Of a stretch of 64,000 bases of DNA, positions 23,787 to 37,152 are shown one piece after another. Location: positions 128,001 to 192,000 of the forward strand of contig CAVWLW010000024.1 of NCBI GenBank assembly GCA_963755715.1, in the 5' to 3' direction. The translations under genes were made by a program, and so were the position numbers. The notes under the pieces were generated by a model, which ran no database searches, was not told where the DNA came from, and was given only the letters and a program-made list of their open reading frames with translations. How positions within the stretch are numbered: position 1 is the stretch's first letter; the number at the start of each line of letters is the position of its first letter. This DNA is from an uncultured delta proteobacterium. Lineage in GTDB: Bacteria; Desulfobacterota; Binatia; UBA9968.

Positions 23787-24631
23787 GCGCCGCCGGTGCG
23801 CAAACGATCAAACAGCGAACTTTGAAAAAGAGCGTGGTGCTTTCCGGCCAGGGGCTTCATTCCGGGGTAAAAACCGGCTTGATTCTCCATCCGCTGCCGG
23901 CTAACAGCGGCATATTATTTACCGGGATTTCCGGCGACGTGACCGTTCCGGCCCATCTCGATTACGTCGGCTCGACGGGCTACGCGACTTCGTTGCGCTC
24001 GAAAGGATTTGCCGTCGGCACCGTTGAACACTTTCTCGCCGTCCTGCACAGCTACGGTGTCACCAATTTGCTCGCCAAGGTACAAAGTGAGGTGCCGATC
24101 ATGGATGGGTCGGCGGAAGAGTTTTGCCAGGCCCTCGAAGAGGCCGGCATCGAAGAGCAAGCCGGAGAGTGTTTGGAAATCGTCATTGATCGGCCTTACG
24201 AGGTCCGCGCTAAGGGTGAAGAGGCAATTCGCATCGAGCCCGCCGATACATTTTCCGTGCACTATGTTTTGCGCTATCCCGAACCGGTGGGCGAGCAGGA
24301 ACACCGCTACACCTATCTCGGTCCGGAGACGTTCAAGGCGGAGATCGCGCCAGCGCGGACCTTTGGTTTCTTGCGCGACATCGAAAAACTCCAGACCATG
24401 GGACTGGTCGGCGGCGGCAAGCTCAACAATTGCATCATCATCGGCGACGATAAGATCCTCAATACCGAGTTGCGCTTCGCCGACGAGTTCGCTCGCCACA
24501 AGATCCTCGATATCCTCGGCGATCTTTACCTGCTCGGGAGACCGATGCGAGGGGCGGTATCCGCCGTTATGACCGGGCATTCGGACAATATCGCTTTGTT
24601 GCGACAGATCCGCGAAGGCATGAACCTCTAA
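23783..24631 (+). CDS. lpxC: UDP-3-O-acyl-N-acetylglucosamine deacetylase LpxC
   Basis: QRTL, GQGLHSG, TVEH, EVPIMDGS, IAPARTFG, RHKILDILGD, GH. Confidence 0.93.
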   Translation: MSAAGAQTIKQRTLKKSVVLSGQGLHSGVKTGLILHPLPANSGILFTGISGDVTVPAHLDYVGSTGYATSLRSKGFAVGTVEHFLAVLHSYGVTNLLAKVQSEVPIMDGSAEEFCQALEEAGIEEQAGECLEIVIDRPYEVRAKGEEAIRIEPADTFSVHYVLRYPEPVGEQEHRYTYLGPETFKAEIAPARTFGFLRDIEKLQTMGLVGGGKLNNCIIIGDDKILNTELRFADEFARHKILDILGDLYLLGRPMRGAVSAVMTGHSDNIALLRQIREGMNL

Positions 24632-24700
24632 GCGCAAGCCGGAGGTTACAAAAGAATCGCCGTTACTTTTCTCGGATCCGCGTCGACACAAGGTTTACTA

Positions 24701-25150
24701 ATGGAATCCCAGGCCAATTTTCCACGACTTTTCACCGTCATCGAGGCGAACGACCTGCTGCCGAAGCTTCGACCGTTGGTCGAGCAGGTTCTCGAAAATA
24801 TTCGCCGTTTAAAGGGCGCCAGCGAATCGGTGATTCGCCGAGAGGGACTCGATCCGGAAGCGCCGAACCTGATGAATCGGCTGCGCGACGACGGCGAGAT
24901 CGCAAAGTTGATTGGCCAGGTAAAAGGCTGCGTCGATGAGATCAATGGCTATGGATGCATTTGTAAAGGCGTGGAGCAGGGATTGATCGACTTTCCTTGT
25001 CTGCTCGGCGCGGAAGTGGTCTTCCTCTGTTGGCAAATCGGCGAGCCCAGCATCGGTTATTGGCACCGAATCGAAGACGGCTTTGCCGGCCGCAAGCCTC
25101 TGCTGGACGACGAAACCTCAGATCCCAACGATAAAATGTCCTATCACTGA
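24701..25150 (+). CDS. DUF2203 domain protein
   Basis: FTVIEANDLLP, GLIDFP, LCWQIGE, WH..GFAGRKP. Confidence 0.85.
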   Translation: MESQANFPRLFTVIEANDLLPKLRPLVEQVLENIRRLKGASESVIRREGLDPEAPNLMNRLRDDGEIAKLIGQVKGCVDEINGYGCICKGVEQGLIDFPCLLGAEVVFLCWQIGEPSIGYWHRIEDGFAGRKPLLDDETSDPNDKMSYH

Positions 25151-25225
25151 GCGTGTCGAAAATACCGTCAAGTTCGTCCGACTGGTTGATACTATTTTGC
25201 TCTATTCGAATAAATCGAGGCGATC

Positions 25226-26398
25226 ATGACCCCTGGGCTGCGCCGGGTCGAGACCGCGCTGTCAGCGCAAATCAAAGAGGCCGCTCAACGATTGGGCTTC
25301 GAACTGGTCGGCATTTCGCCGATGCGTCCTGCGCCGCATGAACAATCCTTTGCCCAGTGGCTGCGCGAGGGGTTGGCCGGCAATCTAGATTACATGCAAC
25401 GCACCGAGTCGTTGCGGCGCGATCCGCGCGAGCTCGTGCCGTGGGCGGTCTCGATTATTTCAGTAGGGATGAACTATTACAGCGGTTATTCCCGTCCGGT
25501 CGATTCTTCGGAGCCACGCGGATGGATCTCGCGCTACGCCTGGGGCGACGACTATCACAACCTCATGAAGGGCAAGCTGGAGGCGCTGCTTGAGAGTATC
25601 GGCCAATTCCATGACGGCAACATTCAAGGAAAAGCTTTCGTCGATTCGGGTCCGGTTTTGGAGCGAGACTTCGCCGGTATCGCCGGGCTCGGCTGGATCG
25701 GTAAAAATACCCACCTTATTTCGCCGAAGAAAGGCTCGTGGTTTTTCTTGGGCGAATTGTTCGTCGATTTGCCACTCGCTTACGATCGGCCGATTCGCGA
25801 TCGTTGCGGTCGCTGCGATTTGTGTTTGAAAGCCTGCCCGACCGGCGCCTTTGTCGGGCCCTACGTGCTGGATGCGCGGCGCTGCATCTCGTATTTGACG
25901 ATCGAGCTCAAGGATTGGATGCCGCGTTCGCTGCGACCGCTTGTTGGCAATCACATCTTCGGCTGCGATATCTGCCAGGAAGTCTGTCCATATAATGTGA
26001 AAGCGCTCCCGACTGCGGAAATCGCGTTTCAGCCGCGTTCGGGCCTGCACGCGCCGGAGCTGATCGCGTTTTTATCGCTCAGTGAAGCCGAGTTCCGCCA
26101 ACGCTTTCGCGCCAGTCCGATTTTACGCGCCAAGCGGCGCGGCTTTTTACGCAATGTCGCGGTGGCGCTCGGTAATCTAAAAGCGCTCGATGCGGTGCCG
26201 GCCTTGATTCGATCTCTCGACGACGAGGAATCTGTGGTGCGCGGGCACGTGGCGTGGGCTTTAGGCCAAATCGGCGCACAGACGGCGCTCGACCCTTTGC
26301 GCCGCCGGTTACGCGCAGAGAACGATGCCGATGTGCAAGAGGAACTACGGGAGGCGATTGGTATTTTGTCCGGCGACAGCGCGGATTTGCCGGTTTAG
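25226..26398 (+). CDS. queG: Epoxyqueuosine reductase QueG
   Basis: SRYAWGDDYH, GWIGKN, CGRCDLCLKACPT, GCDICQEVCP, HEAT tail. Confidence 0.95.
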   Translation: MTPGLRRVETALSAQIKEAAQRLGFELVGISPMRPAPHEQSFAQWLREGLAGNLDYMQRTESLRRDPRELVPWAVSIISVGMNYYSGYSRPVDSSEPRGWISRYAWGDDYHNLMKGKLEALLESIGQFHDGNIQGKAFVDSGPVLERDFAGIAGLGWIGKNTHLISPKKGSWFFLGELFVDLPLAYDRPIRDRCGRCDLCLKACPTGAFVGPYVLDARRCISYLTIELKDWMPRSLRPLVGNHIFGCDICQEVCPYNVKALPTAEIAFQPRSGLHAPELIAFLSLSEAEFRQRFRASPILRAKRRGFLRNVAVALGNLKALDAVPALIRSLDDEESVVRGHVAWALGQIGAQTALDPLRRRLRAENDADVQEELREAIGILSGDSADLPV

Positions 26399-26501
26399 TC
26401 GAAGCTAGAATCAAAGCTTTGTTAGGTGGTGAATTTGAAGCGGCCGGCAGGCCGAGGTAAATTAGCGGCAATATTTTGGCTCCCATCGACCGGCGATCAC
26501 G

Positions 26502-27380
26502 ATGACAGCACAAGCGACAAGTAGTTTTGATTTAGACGAGTATTTACAAAGACAATGCGCCGTTGTCGACCATGCACTCGAACATTATCTGAGTCACTAT
26601 CCGGATGCGTCGCAGACTCTCTATCAGGCGATGCGCTATGGTATTTTGCCTGGCGGCAAGCGGATTCGTCCGATCCTGACCCTGGCCGCGGGTGAATGGT
26701 TGGGCGCGGCACAGGCGCATTTGTTGTCTTTTGCCTGCGCGGTCGAAATGACTCCTGTTGATTCGCTGATCCATGATGATTTGCCGGCCCTCGATGACGA
26801 TGACTTGCGCCGCGGTGCGCCGGCCGCCCACAAGGTTTTCGGTGAGGGGATGGCTTTGTTGGCAGGCGATGGTTTGTTAACCGAAGCTTTCCATCTTTTG
26901 TCGAGCGCCGAGGCGACGCGCGGCGCGACGCCGGAACTGGTCGTGCAAGCAATCACGAATTGGCGCGGGTGGGCGCTTAGGTTTGGTCGGCGGGTGGCGC
27001 TGACTTGGAAGCGAAAGAGAAAACCATCGATCTGGCCACGGTAGAGATGATCCAATTGCGGAAACCGGCGCGTTGATTCTCGCTGCGCTCAGGATCGGTG
27101 CCCAAGTGGCCAAAGCGACAAGCGCCGATTTGGCGTGGCTCTCGCGCTATCGCGAATATCTTGGCTTGGCATTTCAGATCGCCGACGATATCCTAGATAG
27201 CCACGGCGGGGAGTTGAGCACGGCAGCCGAGTGGAGCCACAAGGAGCCGAAGCAGGCGATCCATCGGTTGTTGGAATCGTCGTAGCTCGGGAGCGGCTCA
27301 GGGAGCTTTTGAGTTTACCGCTGGTTGAGCTTGAAAACATTTGGCGGCGGTCGGGCGATTCACATTGGCGGCGCATCTTA
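26502..27380 (+). CDS. ispA: Polyprenyl (farnesyl) diphosphate synthase IspA, several frameshifts; end approximate
   Basis: GGKRIRP, SLIHDDLPALDDDDLRRG, ALLAGDGL, LGLAFQIADDILD in successive frames; upstream of dxs. Confidence 0.8.
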
Positions 27381-27393
27381 GAAAAGGAGAGTC

Positions 27394-29320
27394 ATGGACA
27401 ATATGTCGCGGCTGTTGGACGGAGTTGAATATCCGAAAGACATTAGACGTTTTTCCATCGAAGAATTAAACCAACTCGCCGCTGAGATCCGCGAAGAAGT
27501 GATTTCGGTTGTCTCGGAGGTCGGCGGTCACTTTGCTTCGACTCTCGGCGCGGTCGAATTGACCCTCGCGCTTCATTACGTCTTCAACACGCCCGAAGAC
27601 CGGATCGTCTGGGACACCGGGCATCAGGCTTACGCGCATAAATTGATCTGCGGGCGGCGCAATCGGTTGGCGACGATTCGCCAACTAAACGGCCTAAGCG
27701 GTTTTTTGAGCCGGGAAGAAAGCGAATATGATGTCTTCGGCGCGGGCCACGCCGGCACATCGATCTCGGCAGCTCTGGGGATGGTGGAGGCAAAGGACCT
27801 CGAAGGCGCGAGCCGCAAAGTGGTCGCGGTGATCAGCGATGGCGGGCTAAGCGCCGGTTTGACTTACGAAGGGTTAAATTCCGCCGGTCACCTCGACCGC
27901 GATCTGATCGTGGTGCTTGAACGACAACGAGCATTTCATCGATCCCCGAGTGGGTGCGGTGTCTTCGTTTTTGAGCAAGCAGTTCACCAGCGATCTCGGC
28001 GTGCGCTTGCAAAAAAATCTCTCGAACCTGCTGCGCAGTCTACCGAGCGGCGAGAATCTCAAACACGCGGCGCGCAAGATGCGCGACTCTTTCTTGAGCT
28101 TGGTCACGCCCGGGTTTCTCTTCGAAAGCTTGGGCTTTCAATACGTCGGGCCCATCGATGGCCACAACATAAGCGAAATGATCACGACGCTGGAAAGCGT
28201 TAAGAAGCTCGACGGCCCGACGCTCGTTCACGTGCTCACCAAGAAAGGCAAAGGCTATGCTCCAGCGGAACAGGATCCGATCAAGTTTCACGCTGTGACG
28301 CCTTTTCACGTGCTCACGGGTAAGCCTAAAAAAGAAAAGGGACCGGTCCCGACTTACACCGATGTGTTCGGCCAGTCGCTCGTGCGCCTCGCCAAAGGGA
28401 ATCCCAAAATCGTCGGCATTACCGCGGCGATGGGCAGCGGCACCGGCATCGACAAGCTTGCCCGCGAAATGCCGCGCCGCACCTACGACGTAGGCATTGC
28501 CGAGCAGCACGCGGTGACGTTCGCCGGCGGCATGGCGACCGAAGGATTTATTCCGGTGGTCGCCATCTATTCGACATTTCTGCAGCGCGGTTACGATGAA
28601 ATCTTGCATGACGTCTGTTTGCAAAACTTGCACGTGGTCTTTGCCCTCGACCGCGCCGGTCTGGTCGGCGCGGACGGCCCGACCCACCACGGTGTTTTCG
28701 ACTTTGCCTACATGCGCGCGATGCCGAACATGGTCATCATGGCGCCGAAGGATGAAAACGAGCTGCAGCACATGCTGAAGACCGCCATCGATCACCCCGG
28801 GCCGATTTCACTGCGCTATCCGCGCGGCGAAGGTTGGGGCGTGGCGCTCGATAAAGATATGAAGACTCTCGAGATCGGTAAGGCAGAAATTTTGCGCCAA
28901 GGCGGCGACGTCGTGATCGCGGCCATCGGCCACACGGTACTCCCCGCGCTCAAGGCCGCCGAAGAGCTGGCGCCGCTTGGTATCGATGCCAGCGTGGTCA
29001 ACGCGCGTTTCGTCAAGCCGCTGGATAAAAACCTATTTCGCGACCTGCTGACTCGAGTGCCGCGCCTGATCACCGTCGAAGATCACGTGGTCACCGGCGG
29101 TTTCGGCAGCGGCTTGATCGAATTTCTCGCCGACGAGGGTTTTACCGGCATCGAAGTGAAACGGCTCGGCGTGCCGGACCGGTTTATTCCTCACGGCACC
29201 CAAGACGAGCTTCGGAAAATGTGCGGTTTCGATAAGGATGCGATCGCTCAGGCGACCTTGCAACTGGTTCGGCGCGGCAAGAAACGAAGCAGGGAGGGAT
29301 GGGAAAGAGGGAGCGCCTAG
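27394..29320 (+). CDS. dxs: 1-deoxy-D-xylulose-5-phosphate synthase, frameshift near 27917
   Basis: GGHFASTLG, WDTGHQAY, NDNE, GPIDGH, GIAEQHA, DGPTHHG. Confidence 0.93.
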
Positions 29321-30036
29321 ATTTGCTGCTGGTCGGTCGCGGTCTGGTCGGTAGCCGGGAAGACGGCCGGCGCAAGATCATGGCCGGCGACGTCCTGGTC
29401 AATGATCAAGCCGTGACCAAGGCCGGCGCCTTGATCGATGCTAGCGCACGCATCGGCCTCAAAGCCACGCCTCGCTATGTCAGCCGAGGCGGGCTGAAGC
29501 TCGAAAAAGCTTTAAGTGACTTCTCGATCGAATTGACCGGCAAGACCGTTCTCGACGTCGGCGCTTCCACTGGCGGCTTTACCGATTGTTTGCTCGCCCA
29601 CGGCGCGGCCAAAGTTTGCGCGATCGACGTCGGCTACGGCCAGTTTGACTGGCAACTGCGTAACAATCCGCGCGTCTGGCTGCTCGAAAAAACCAATATT
29701 CGTTTTCTCGAGGCCGAGTCCCTGCCTCAGGTGCCGCATATCGCAACGATCGACGTGTCGTTCATATCGCTGAAGATCGTTTTGCCCCGAGTAAAAATGC
29801 TGCTCCAGCCGAGCCATGAAATTATTGCTCTAATCAAGCCGCAGTTCGAAGTCGGCAAGGGCAAAGTCGGCAAGGGTGGCGTAGTGCGGTCGGCAGCGGA
29901 GCATGCGCGGGTCATCGACGAGATCCAAGCCGCCGCGACAGAATTGGGTTATGATGTGCGCGGGACGATCGAGTCGCCGCTTTTGGGACCCAAAGGGAAT
30001 AAAGAATTCTTGATCTATCTCCGCATCGACCAATAA
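29299..30036 (+). CDS. tlyA: TlyA family rRNA methyltransferase
   Basis: YVSRGGLKL, DVGASTGGFTD, DVSFISL, LIKPQFE. Confidence 0.95.
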   Translation: MGKRERLDLLLVGRGLVGSREDGRRKIMAGDVLVNDQAVTKAGALIDASARIGLKATPRYVSRGGLKLEKALSDFSIELTGKTVLDVGASTGGFTDCLLAHGAAKVCAIDVGYGQFDWQLRNNPRVWLLEKTNIRFLEAESLPQVPHIATIDVSFISLKIVLPRVKMLLQPSHEIIALIKPQFEVGKGKVGKGGVVRSAAEHARVIDEIQAAATELGYDVRGTIESPLLGPKGNKEFLIYLRIDQ

Positions 30037-30100
30037 GATCGCGGCGCTTGTCGAGAGGCGCCGCGGAAACCATTTTTCGCTCAGCTCCAGGGTTCAAGCC

Positions 30101-30831
30101 ATGCCCGGTTTTAAAAAAATCGCTCATCGCGGCGCCTCCGGCCAATATCCGGAAAACACCCGCTTGGCTTTCGTAAAAGCCATCGAAGCCGGCGTCGATA
30201 TGATCGAGCTCGATTGCCAGATGACTCAAGACGGACACGTGGTCGTTTTTCATGATGAGCGTCTGACGCGCACCGCAAGCGCCAGAGGAACGGTCACGAG
30301 CAAGACCCTGGAGCACTTGAAAAAACTGGACATCGGCCGGTGGCGCAAAAAAGCCTTCAAAGGCGAGCGTATTCTGACGTTGGAAGAAGCACTGGAATGC
30401 CTGGCCGGCAACGCCGATCTTTGCTGTGGAAATAAAATCCTACCCTGACTCGTTCGCCCGGCATCGAGCTCAAGATTCTTTTTATCATCAGCCACTACGA
30501 TTATTTGGATCGGACGATCATTTCTTCGTTCAATGATAACGTTCTCGCGCGTGTGCGCGAGTTGGCGCCGGAAGCCACGCTCGGCGTCATCTTCGGCGCC
30601 AAAAGCGCCAATGACCCGTTCGAAAGCGCAAGACGGTTGGGCGCCAAATCGATCCACGTTCAAAAAGAAATTGTTTCCCGGCAGTTTTTGAGTTTGGCGT
30701 GGGAAGACGGTTTGGACGTTCACGTTTGGACCGTCAACGAGTTCCGTGAAATGGAAGCGTTCATGGCGCTGGGCGTGCAAGGCTTGATCTCAGATTTTCC
30801 CGACAAATTTGCCAAGCTCCGGTGCCGATAA
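30101..30831 (+). CDS. Glycerophosphodiester phosphodiesterase family, frameshift near 30427
   Basis: IAHRGAS..PENT, IELD, VVFHD; second frame IISSF, VWTVN, ISDFPD. Confidence 0.88.
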
Positions 30832-30973
30832 GCGTCGGAGGCCTCAAGTCGCATCGACGTCAAGACGAACCCTCGCGATGCGGTTTCGTCATAAGCGTTT
30901 TCAAACATTTGCCGAAGGATTGTTCATTGGTGCATCAATTGCCTGCAAACTGTTCATTTTTAAAGTGAATTGC

Positions 30974-31001
30974 TTGACTTGGAAGGCAAATGCGCTAGAA
31001 T
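30974..31001 (+). promoter_or_regulatory. Putative sigma70 promoter for the rpsU operon
   Basis: TTGACT-16 nt-TAGAAT, 50 nt upstream of rpsU. Confidence 0.55.
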
Positions 31002-31051
31002 CACCGGCGGGCATGTTATGGTCCCTTGCTGATCGGGGGTGATGTAATTTT

Positions 31052-31246
31052 ATGACTGGTGTCCGAGTTAGAGAAAACGAGTCGATTGAAAGCGCTATCC
31101 GACGTTTTAAGAAATTATGTGAAAAAGCGGGTATTCTCGCCGAGCTACGTAAGCGAGAACACTACGAAAAGCCCAGTGTCAAAAGGAAAAAAAAGGCGAT
31201 AGCCGCAAAAAAAAGAGCGCTCCGGCGCGTGCGCCATTCTTTTTAG
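31052..31246 (+). CDS. rpsU: 30S ribosomal protein S21
   Basis: [24 protein letters not shown]. Confidence 0.96.
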   Translation: MTGVRVRENESIESAIRRFKKLCEKAGILAELRKREHYEKPSVKRKKKAIAAKKRALRRVRHSF

Positions 31247-31280
31247 AAATCTGTCTCAATGATTGTTGCCAATACGCGAC

Positions 31281-31727
31281 GTGGATCTTAAGACCGATAT
31301 AAAAGAAGCCGTCAAAGTGGCGATGAAAAGCGGCGATGCCGTGACGCTCTCCACGCTGCGGCTTCTTTTGGCCGCGCTTCAGAACGAAGAAATCAGACTC
31401 CGAAGAGAACTTGTTCCTGAAGAAATTCAACGCACTATTGCAACCCTCTGTAAACAACGCACCGAGGCGATCGACTTGTACCGCAAGGGCAAGCGAGACG
31501 ATCTCGCTCAGAAAGAGGAAGCCGAGTTAGGGGTTCTGAAGCGCTTCTTGCCGCAGCCTCTCTCCGAAGATGAAGTCAAGAGTTTGATTCGAGCGAGTAT
31601 TGCCGAGGCGAGCGCCCAAGGAATCCAAGATCTCGGCAAGGTCATGAAGCTGGTGATGCCGAAAGTCTCGGGCAGAAGCGACGGCAAACGTGTCAATGAG
31701 CTGGCGAAAGCGCTCTTGAGCGATTAG
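31281..31727 (+). CDS. GatB/YqeY domain protein
   Basis: AMKSGD, FLPQPLSE, DLGKVM, DGKRV; follows rpsU. Confidence 0.9.
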   Translation: MDLKTDIKEAVKVAMKSGDAVTLSTLRLLLAALQNEEIRLRRELVPEEIQRTIATLCKQRTEAIDLYRKGKRDDLAQKEEAELGVLKRFLPQPLSEDEVKSLIRASIAEASAQGIQDLGKVMKLVMPKVSGRSDGKRVNELAKALLSD

Positions 31728-31908
31728 GGGAAAAGATCGCCTGTGGCGCGCGCCGCTCGGGCTCGACACAGGCGACGGATTAAAACGCAAATTAGATTTT
31801 GTTTTTCGGGTCGTGTACGGGATGGAGTGAATTCCGTGAAGTTTTCCGAGGCGGCGCGCGCGCGGAGACGGGGATTGCCGGATCGCGCGTCTTGGGTGGT
31901 TTTCGCTC

Positions 31909-32442
31909 GTGAATTGGATCGACCTGATTATCATCTGCATGCTGGCTCTCTTTGGCTTGCGAGGATTTTTCCGGGGCCTATTTCGCGAAGTTTTTTCGCT
32001 CCTAGGTTTGATCGCCGGGTTCATGATAGCCGTCGCTTTTCTGCCATCGGCGGCATCTTACGCGGCCGCCTTTTGGAAAGCGCCACCATTGTTTCTCAAG
32101 GGTGCGGTCTTCGTGGTCATTTTCTTTCTCGTCTATTTTGTGTTTAGTCTTATGGGTTGGCTACTCCATCGTTCGGAAAGTCTCCTGTTTCTCAAGACGG
32201 TGAATCGTGCTGGAGGGATCGCTGTGGGTTTAGGCAAAGGCGCGGCGATTATCGCCCTGATTGTTTTTTTTCTGAGTGAGGCAGTCTGGTTGCCCAAAGC
32301 CGGCCAGCAGAATTTTCACGCTTCCTATCTCGTCTCGCCGCTGTCGCGCTTCGCGGAGAGCTTGATTCGCCTGGGCAAACAAAGAGTTCTTTTGGGCGCG
32401 GATCTGGAGCAAGCATCGTTCCCGGGCGGCGAACGCCTCTAA
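31909..32442 (+). CDS. cvpA: CvpA family membrane protein
   Basis: NWIDLII, GFFRGLFRE, NRAGGIAVGLGKG. Confidence 0.88.
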   Translation: MNWIDLIIICMLALFGLRGFFRGLFREVFSLLGLIAGFMIAVAFLPSAASYAAAFWKAPPLFLKGAVFVVIFFLVYFVFSLMGWLLHRSESLLFLKTVNRAGGIAVGLGKGAAIIALIVFFLSEAVWLPKAGQQNFHASYLVSPLSRFAESLIRLGKQRVLLGADLEQASFPGGERL

Positions 32443-34178
32443 TTTTCCGCAATGATTAGTCAGGACAAGATCTCTGAGATTCGCACGCGGGCTTCCATCG
32501 TCGAAGTTATTTCCGATTACGTGACCCTAAAAAAAGCCGGTCGTAACTACATGGGCCTGTGCCCGTTTCACGGCGAGAAAACTCCTTCCTTTACAGTCAG
32601 CGAAGATAAAGGAATTTATCATTGCTTCGGCTGCCATGCCGGTGGAAGTGTCTTTCATTTTCTGATGCAATACGATCAGTTGACCTTCCCCGAAGCGGTC
32701 GAGCAGGTCGCGAAACGCTACGGGATCGTCGTCGAACGAGATGAGCGGCGTGGAACAGCCGATGCCGCCGGCGAGCGAGAGCGTCTCTATCGCATTAATG
32801 AGCGCGCCGCCGCCAACTATCAGAAAATTCTTTTGGGTCATCCGGAAGGCGCCAAGGCGTTTGGGTATTTAAAATCTCGCGGCGTCGATGAGGCCGCCGC
32901 GCGCAAGTTCATGTTGGGCTACGCGCCGCAAGGGGGTTCGGGACTGCTTCATTTGATCCGTCAAGAAAAAATTCTCGTCAACGACGCGCTCCGTCTCGGT
33001 TTGATCGGCCAGCGCGAGCCGGAAAAATTTCACGAAAAATTTTTCGCCCGGGTGATTTTTCCGATCATCAGCCCGGCGGGTAAAATCATTGCCTTCGGCG
33101 GCCGCGTGCTCGACCAAGGGCTTCCCAAATATCTCAATTCGAGCGAGACGCCGCTCTTTCACAAAGGCGCGACTCTCTACGGCCTTTACCAAGCGAAGGA
33201 CGGCATTCGTCAATCGGATCGGGTGGTGGTGGTCGAAGGTTATCTCGACGTTATCGCCTTATGGCAATACGATATCCCTTACGCCGTCGCCACTCTCGGC
33301 ACGGCCTTGACCGTCGATCACGCGCGCGTCTTATCGCGTTACACCAAGAACATTATTGCGCTCTTCGATGGCGATGATGCCGGGCAGAAGGCGGCGGCGC
33401 GTAGTTTCGAGATCTTTGTCGAAGCGGGGCTGTTCGGTCGCGCGGCGTTTTTGCCCAAAGGAGACGATCCCGATAGCTTCGTGCGGCGCCACGGCAAAGC
33501 GGCGTTGGAAACCGTACTCGATGGCGCGGTTTCATTGGCGGATTATTTTTTCTCGTGGCTGGAGCGCCGCTTCGGCAAGAGCCTCGAGGGAAAAAGCCAA
33601 ATCGCCGCTGAAGTCAGTCGAGTATTGGCTAAAGTGAACAACGCTTTCGAAGTGGACTTGCTGGTGCGTCGGGCGGTCGATATGTTGGGAATCCGAGAAG
33701 AACTGCTCCGGCGGCCGGCGCCATCGCTAGGCGCGACGCGGGCGCTTGCACGCGGCCCGGTGGCGACAACGACGACGGCGGCGAACCGTGACGATATTGC
33801 CGAGCGCTCGCTGGTGAGCTTGATGCTCCGAGTGACCTCCGCGGTTGCCAAGATCGCTCAGGACAAAGAAGCGGCAGAGTGGTTTGGGCCGAAGTGGCGC
33901 GCGGTGGTTGACGGAATGGTCCGGGAATGGCTAGAACTTGGGAAGGTCGACGTGCCGCGACTGACTCAGGAGTTGCCAAGTTCTTTAACCGGTGAGATTG
34001 CCGCGCTGGCTTTGACGGGAGAGGATCTGTCCGACGCTGAATGCGCTCGGATGGTCACCGATTGTCTGGCGCATTTGCGGCGCAAGCATTTCAAGGGCGT
34101 GGAGCGCGATCTGCGCCTTGCGATCCGCGCCGCGGAAGAACAGAACGACGAGAAAGCGAAGAGAGAAAGGATACTAGA

Positions 34179-36054
<1,876 letters not shown>

Positions 36055-36110
36055 TATTGACGCCGTCTTGAACCCAGTATCAAAAAACTTCTAAATTAAC
36101 TATTTCCTTC

Positions 36111-36187
36111 GGGCCCATAGCTCAGTTGGTTAGAGCCACCGGCTCATAACCGGTTGGTCCCTGGTTCGAGTCCAGGTGGGCCCACCA
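36111..36187 (+). tRNA. tRNA with CAT anticodon, probably tRNA-Ile2 (lysidine)
   Basis: GGGCCCA acceptor stem, ccggCTCATAAccgg anticodon arm, GTTCGAGT T-loop, encoded CCA; lacks initiator features; follows rpoD like E. coli ileX. Confidence 0.92.
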
Positions 36188-36189
36188 AC

Positions 36190-36516
36190 TCTTTTCCTCG
36201 TTAAATTTGCACTGCCACTGACTTTCGCTACTTTCTGCCGCTTCCGAGCGGCAAAGGTTTCACTCCAAGGGTTCACTTTTGCCGCCCAAGAAGTCCGGGC
36301 TAACTGCTTGTCGACGTCGTCTCGGATGTATTTCGCGTAGTGCTTTTCGGTGATTGCCACGGACGTCCCGCAGTACTCTGCGAGCCATTTTATGTTTACG
36401 CCGTTGCTCAATCCTATCGAAATGAACGGGTGGCGCATCGTGTAGGGGCCTCGTGGGGGCATCCCGGTTGCCCGTAGCGCTCGATACCACACCCCCGTGC
36501 GGTGTTTTCTGCCCAA
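36190..36516 (-). pseudogene. Tyrosine integrase C-terminal remnant
   Basis: PYTMRHPFIS...WLAEYCGTSVAITEKHYAKYI (RH box and catalytic Tyr region); abuts the tRNA 3' end. Confidence 0.75.
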
Positions 36517-36579
36517 TCGACTTTTGGGTTCTACCTAACGCCGCGCCAAGTGTGGAAATTCGGGGGCGGCGACGGCAAA

Positions 36580-36888
36580 GAATTTCCTCAAACATGGTTC
36601 GAAGGAATCAAAACGTTTAAGACCGACAAAGAGACATCGTTAAAAGCTCTTGCCCAGTATCTCAAGATTTCGGACCGAAACATCCTGGAAAACAGTTCCG
36701 AAATCTATCGCCCCGCGTATCGCGTATGGCGATAGCAAAGCGGTCAATTTCGCGTTGGATCAGATGATTAAGGATCTACCAAACGGCATAAACTTCGTGC
36801 GGAGGATTTCATCGATAATCGCATGTTGACCGAGCTAGAAAAAAGCGGATTCATTGATCAAATCTACGCCGGTACATCAATAAAGTAA
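36580..36888 (+). pseudogene. C-terminal fragment of an NMT1-like substrate-binding protein
   Basis: EGIKTFKTDKETSLKALAQYLK... and, after frameshifts, EDFIDNRMLTELEKSGFIDQIY; resembles the C-termini of 58118..59143 and 10328..11323. Confidence 0.65.
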
Positions 36889-37152
36889 GGCCACCGAAGA
36901 AAAAAAGCGCCCAACCCCAATTTAGTCGTAATACTCGCGGACAATCGCGCAACTCTCATCAAGTTTTCAAAGGACAGCTCCCGCACCGCTAGAAAAATAA
37001 AATCGGCGTTGCTAGTGGGTTTGCCGTTAATGGATGAAACCGAGGAATTCTTACCGGTCAATTCTTTGAAATTTGTCTAATATTAGACAGAAATCCTTCG
37101 CGGTTCACGTAATGTTAAGTCGCCTTCCAACATACGAGAGAGGCTTGGAGCG

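Noticed and set aside
26502-27380. True ispA pseudogene
   Set aside because: Key motifs persist in a conserved ispA-dxs-tlyA context; likely low-quality consensus, not decidable without reads
31730-31905. Structured ncRNA between yqeY and cvpA
   Set aside because: A hairpin (tcgcctgtg...cacaggcga) is present, but there is no recognisable RNA family signature
36111-36187. Initiator tRNA-fMet
   Set aside because: Paired G1-C72 and no run of three G-C pairs (GGG/CCC) in the anticodon stem
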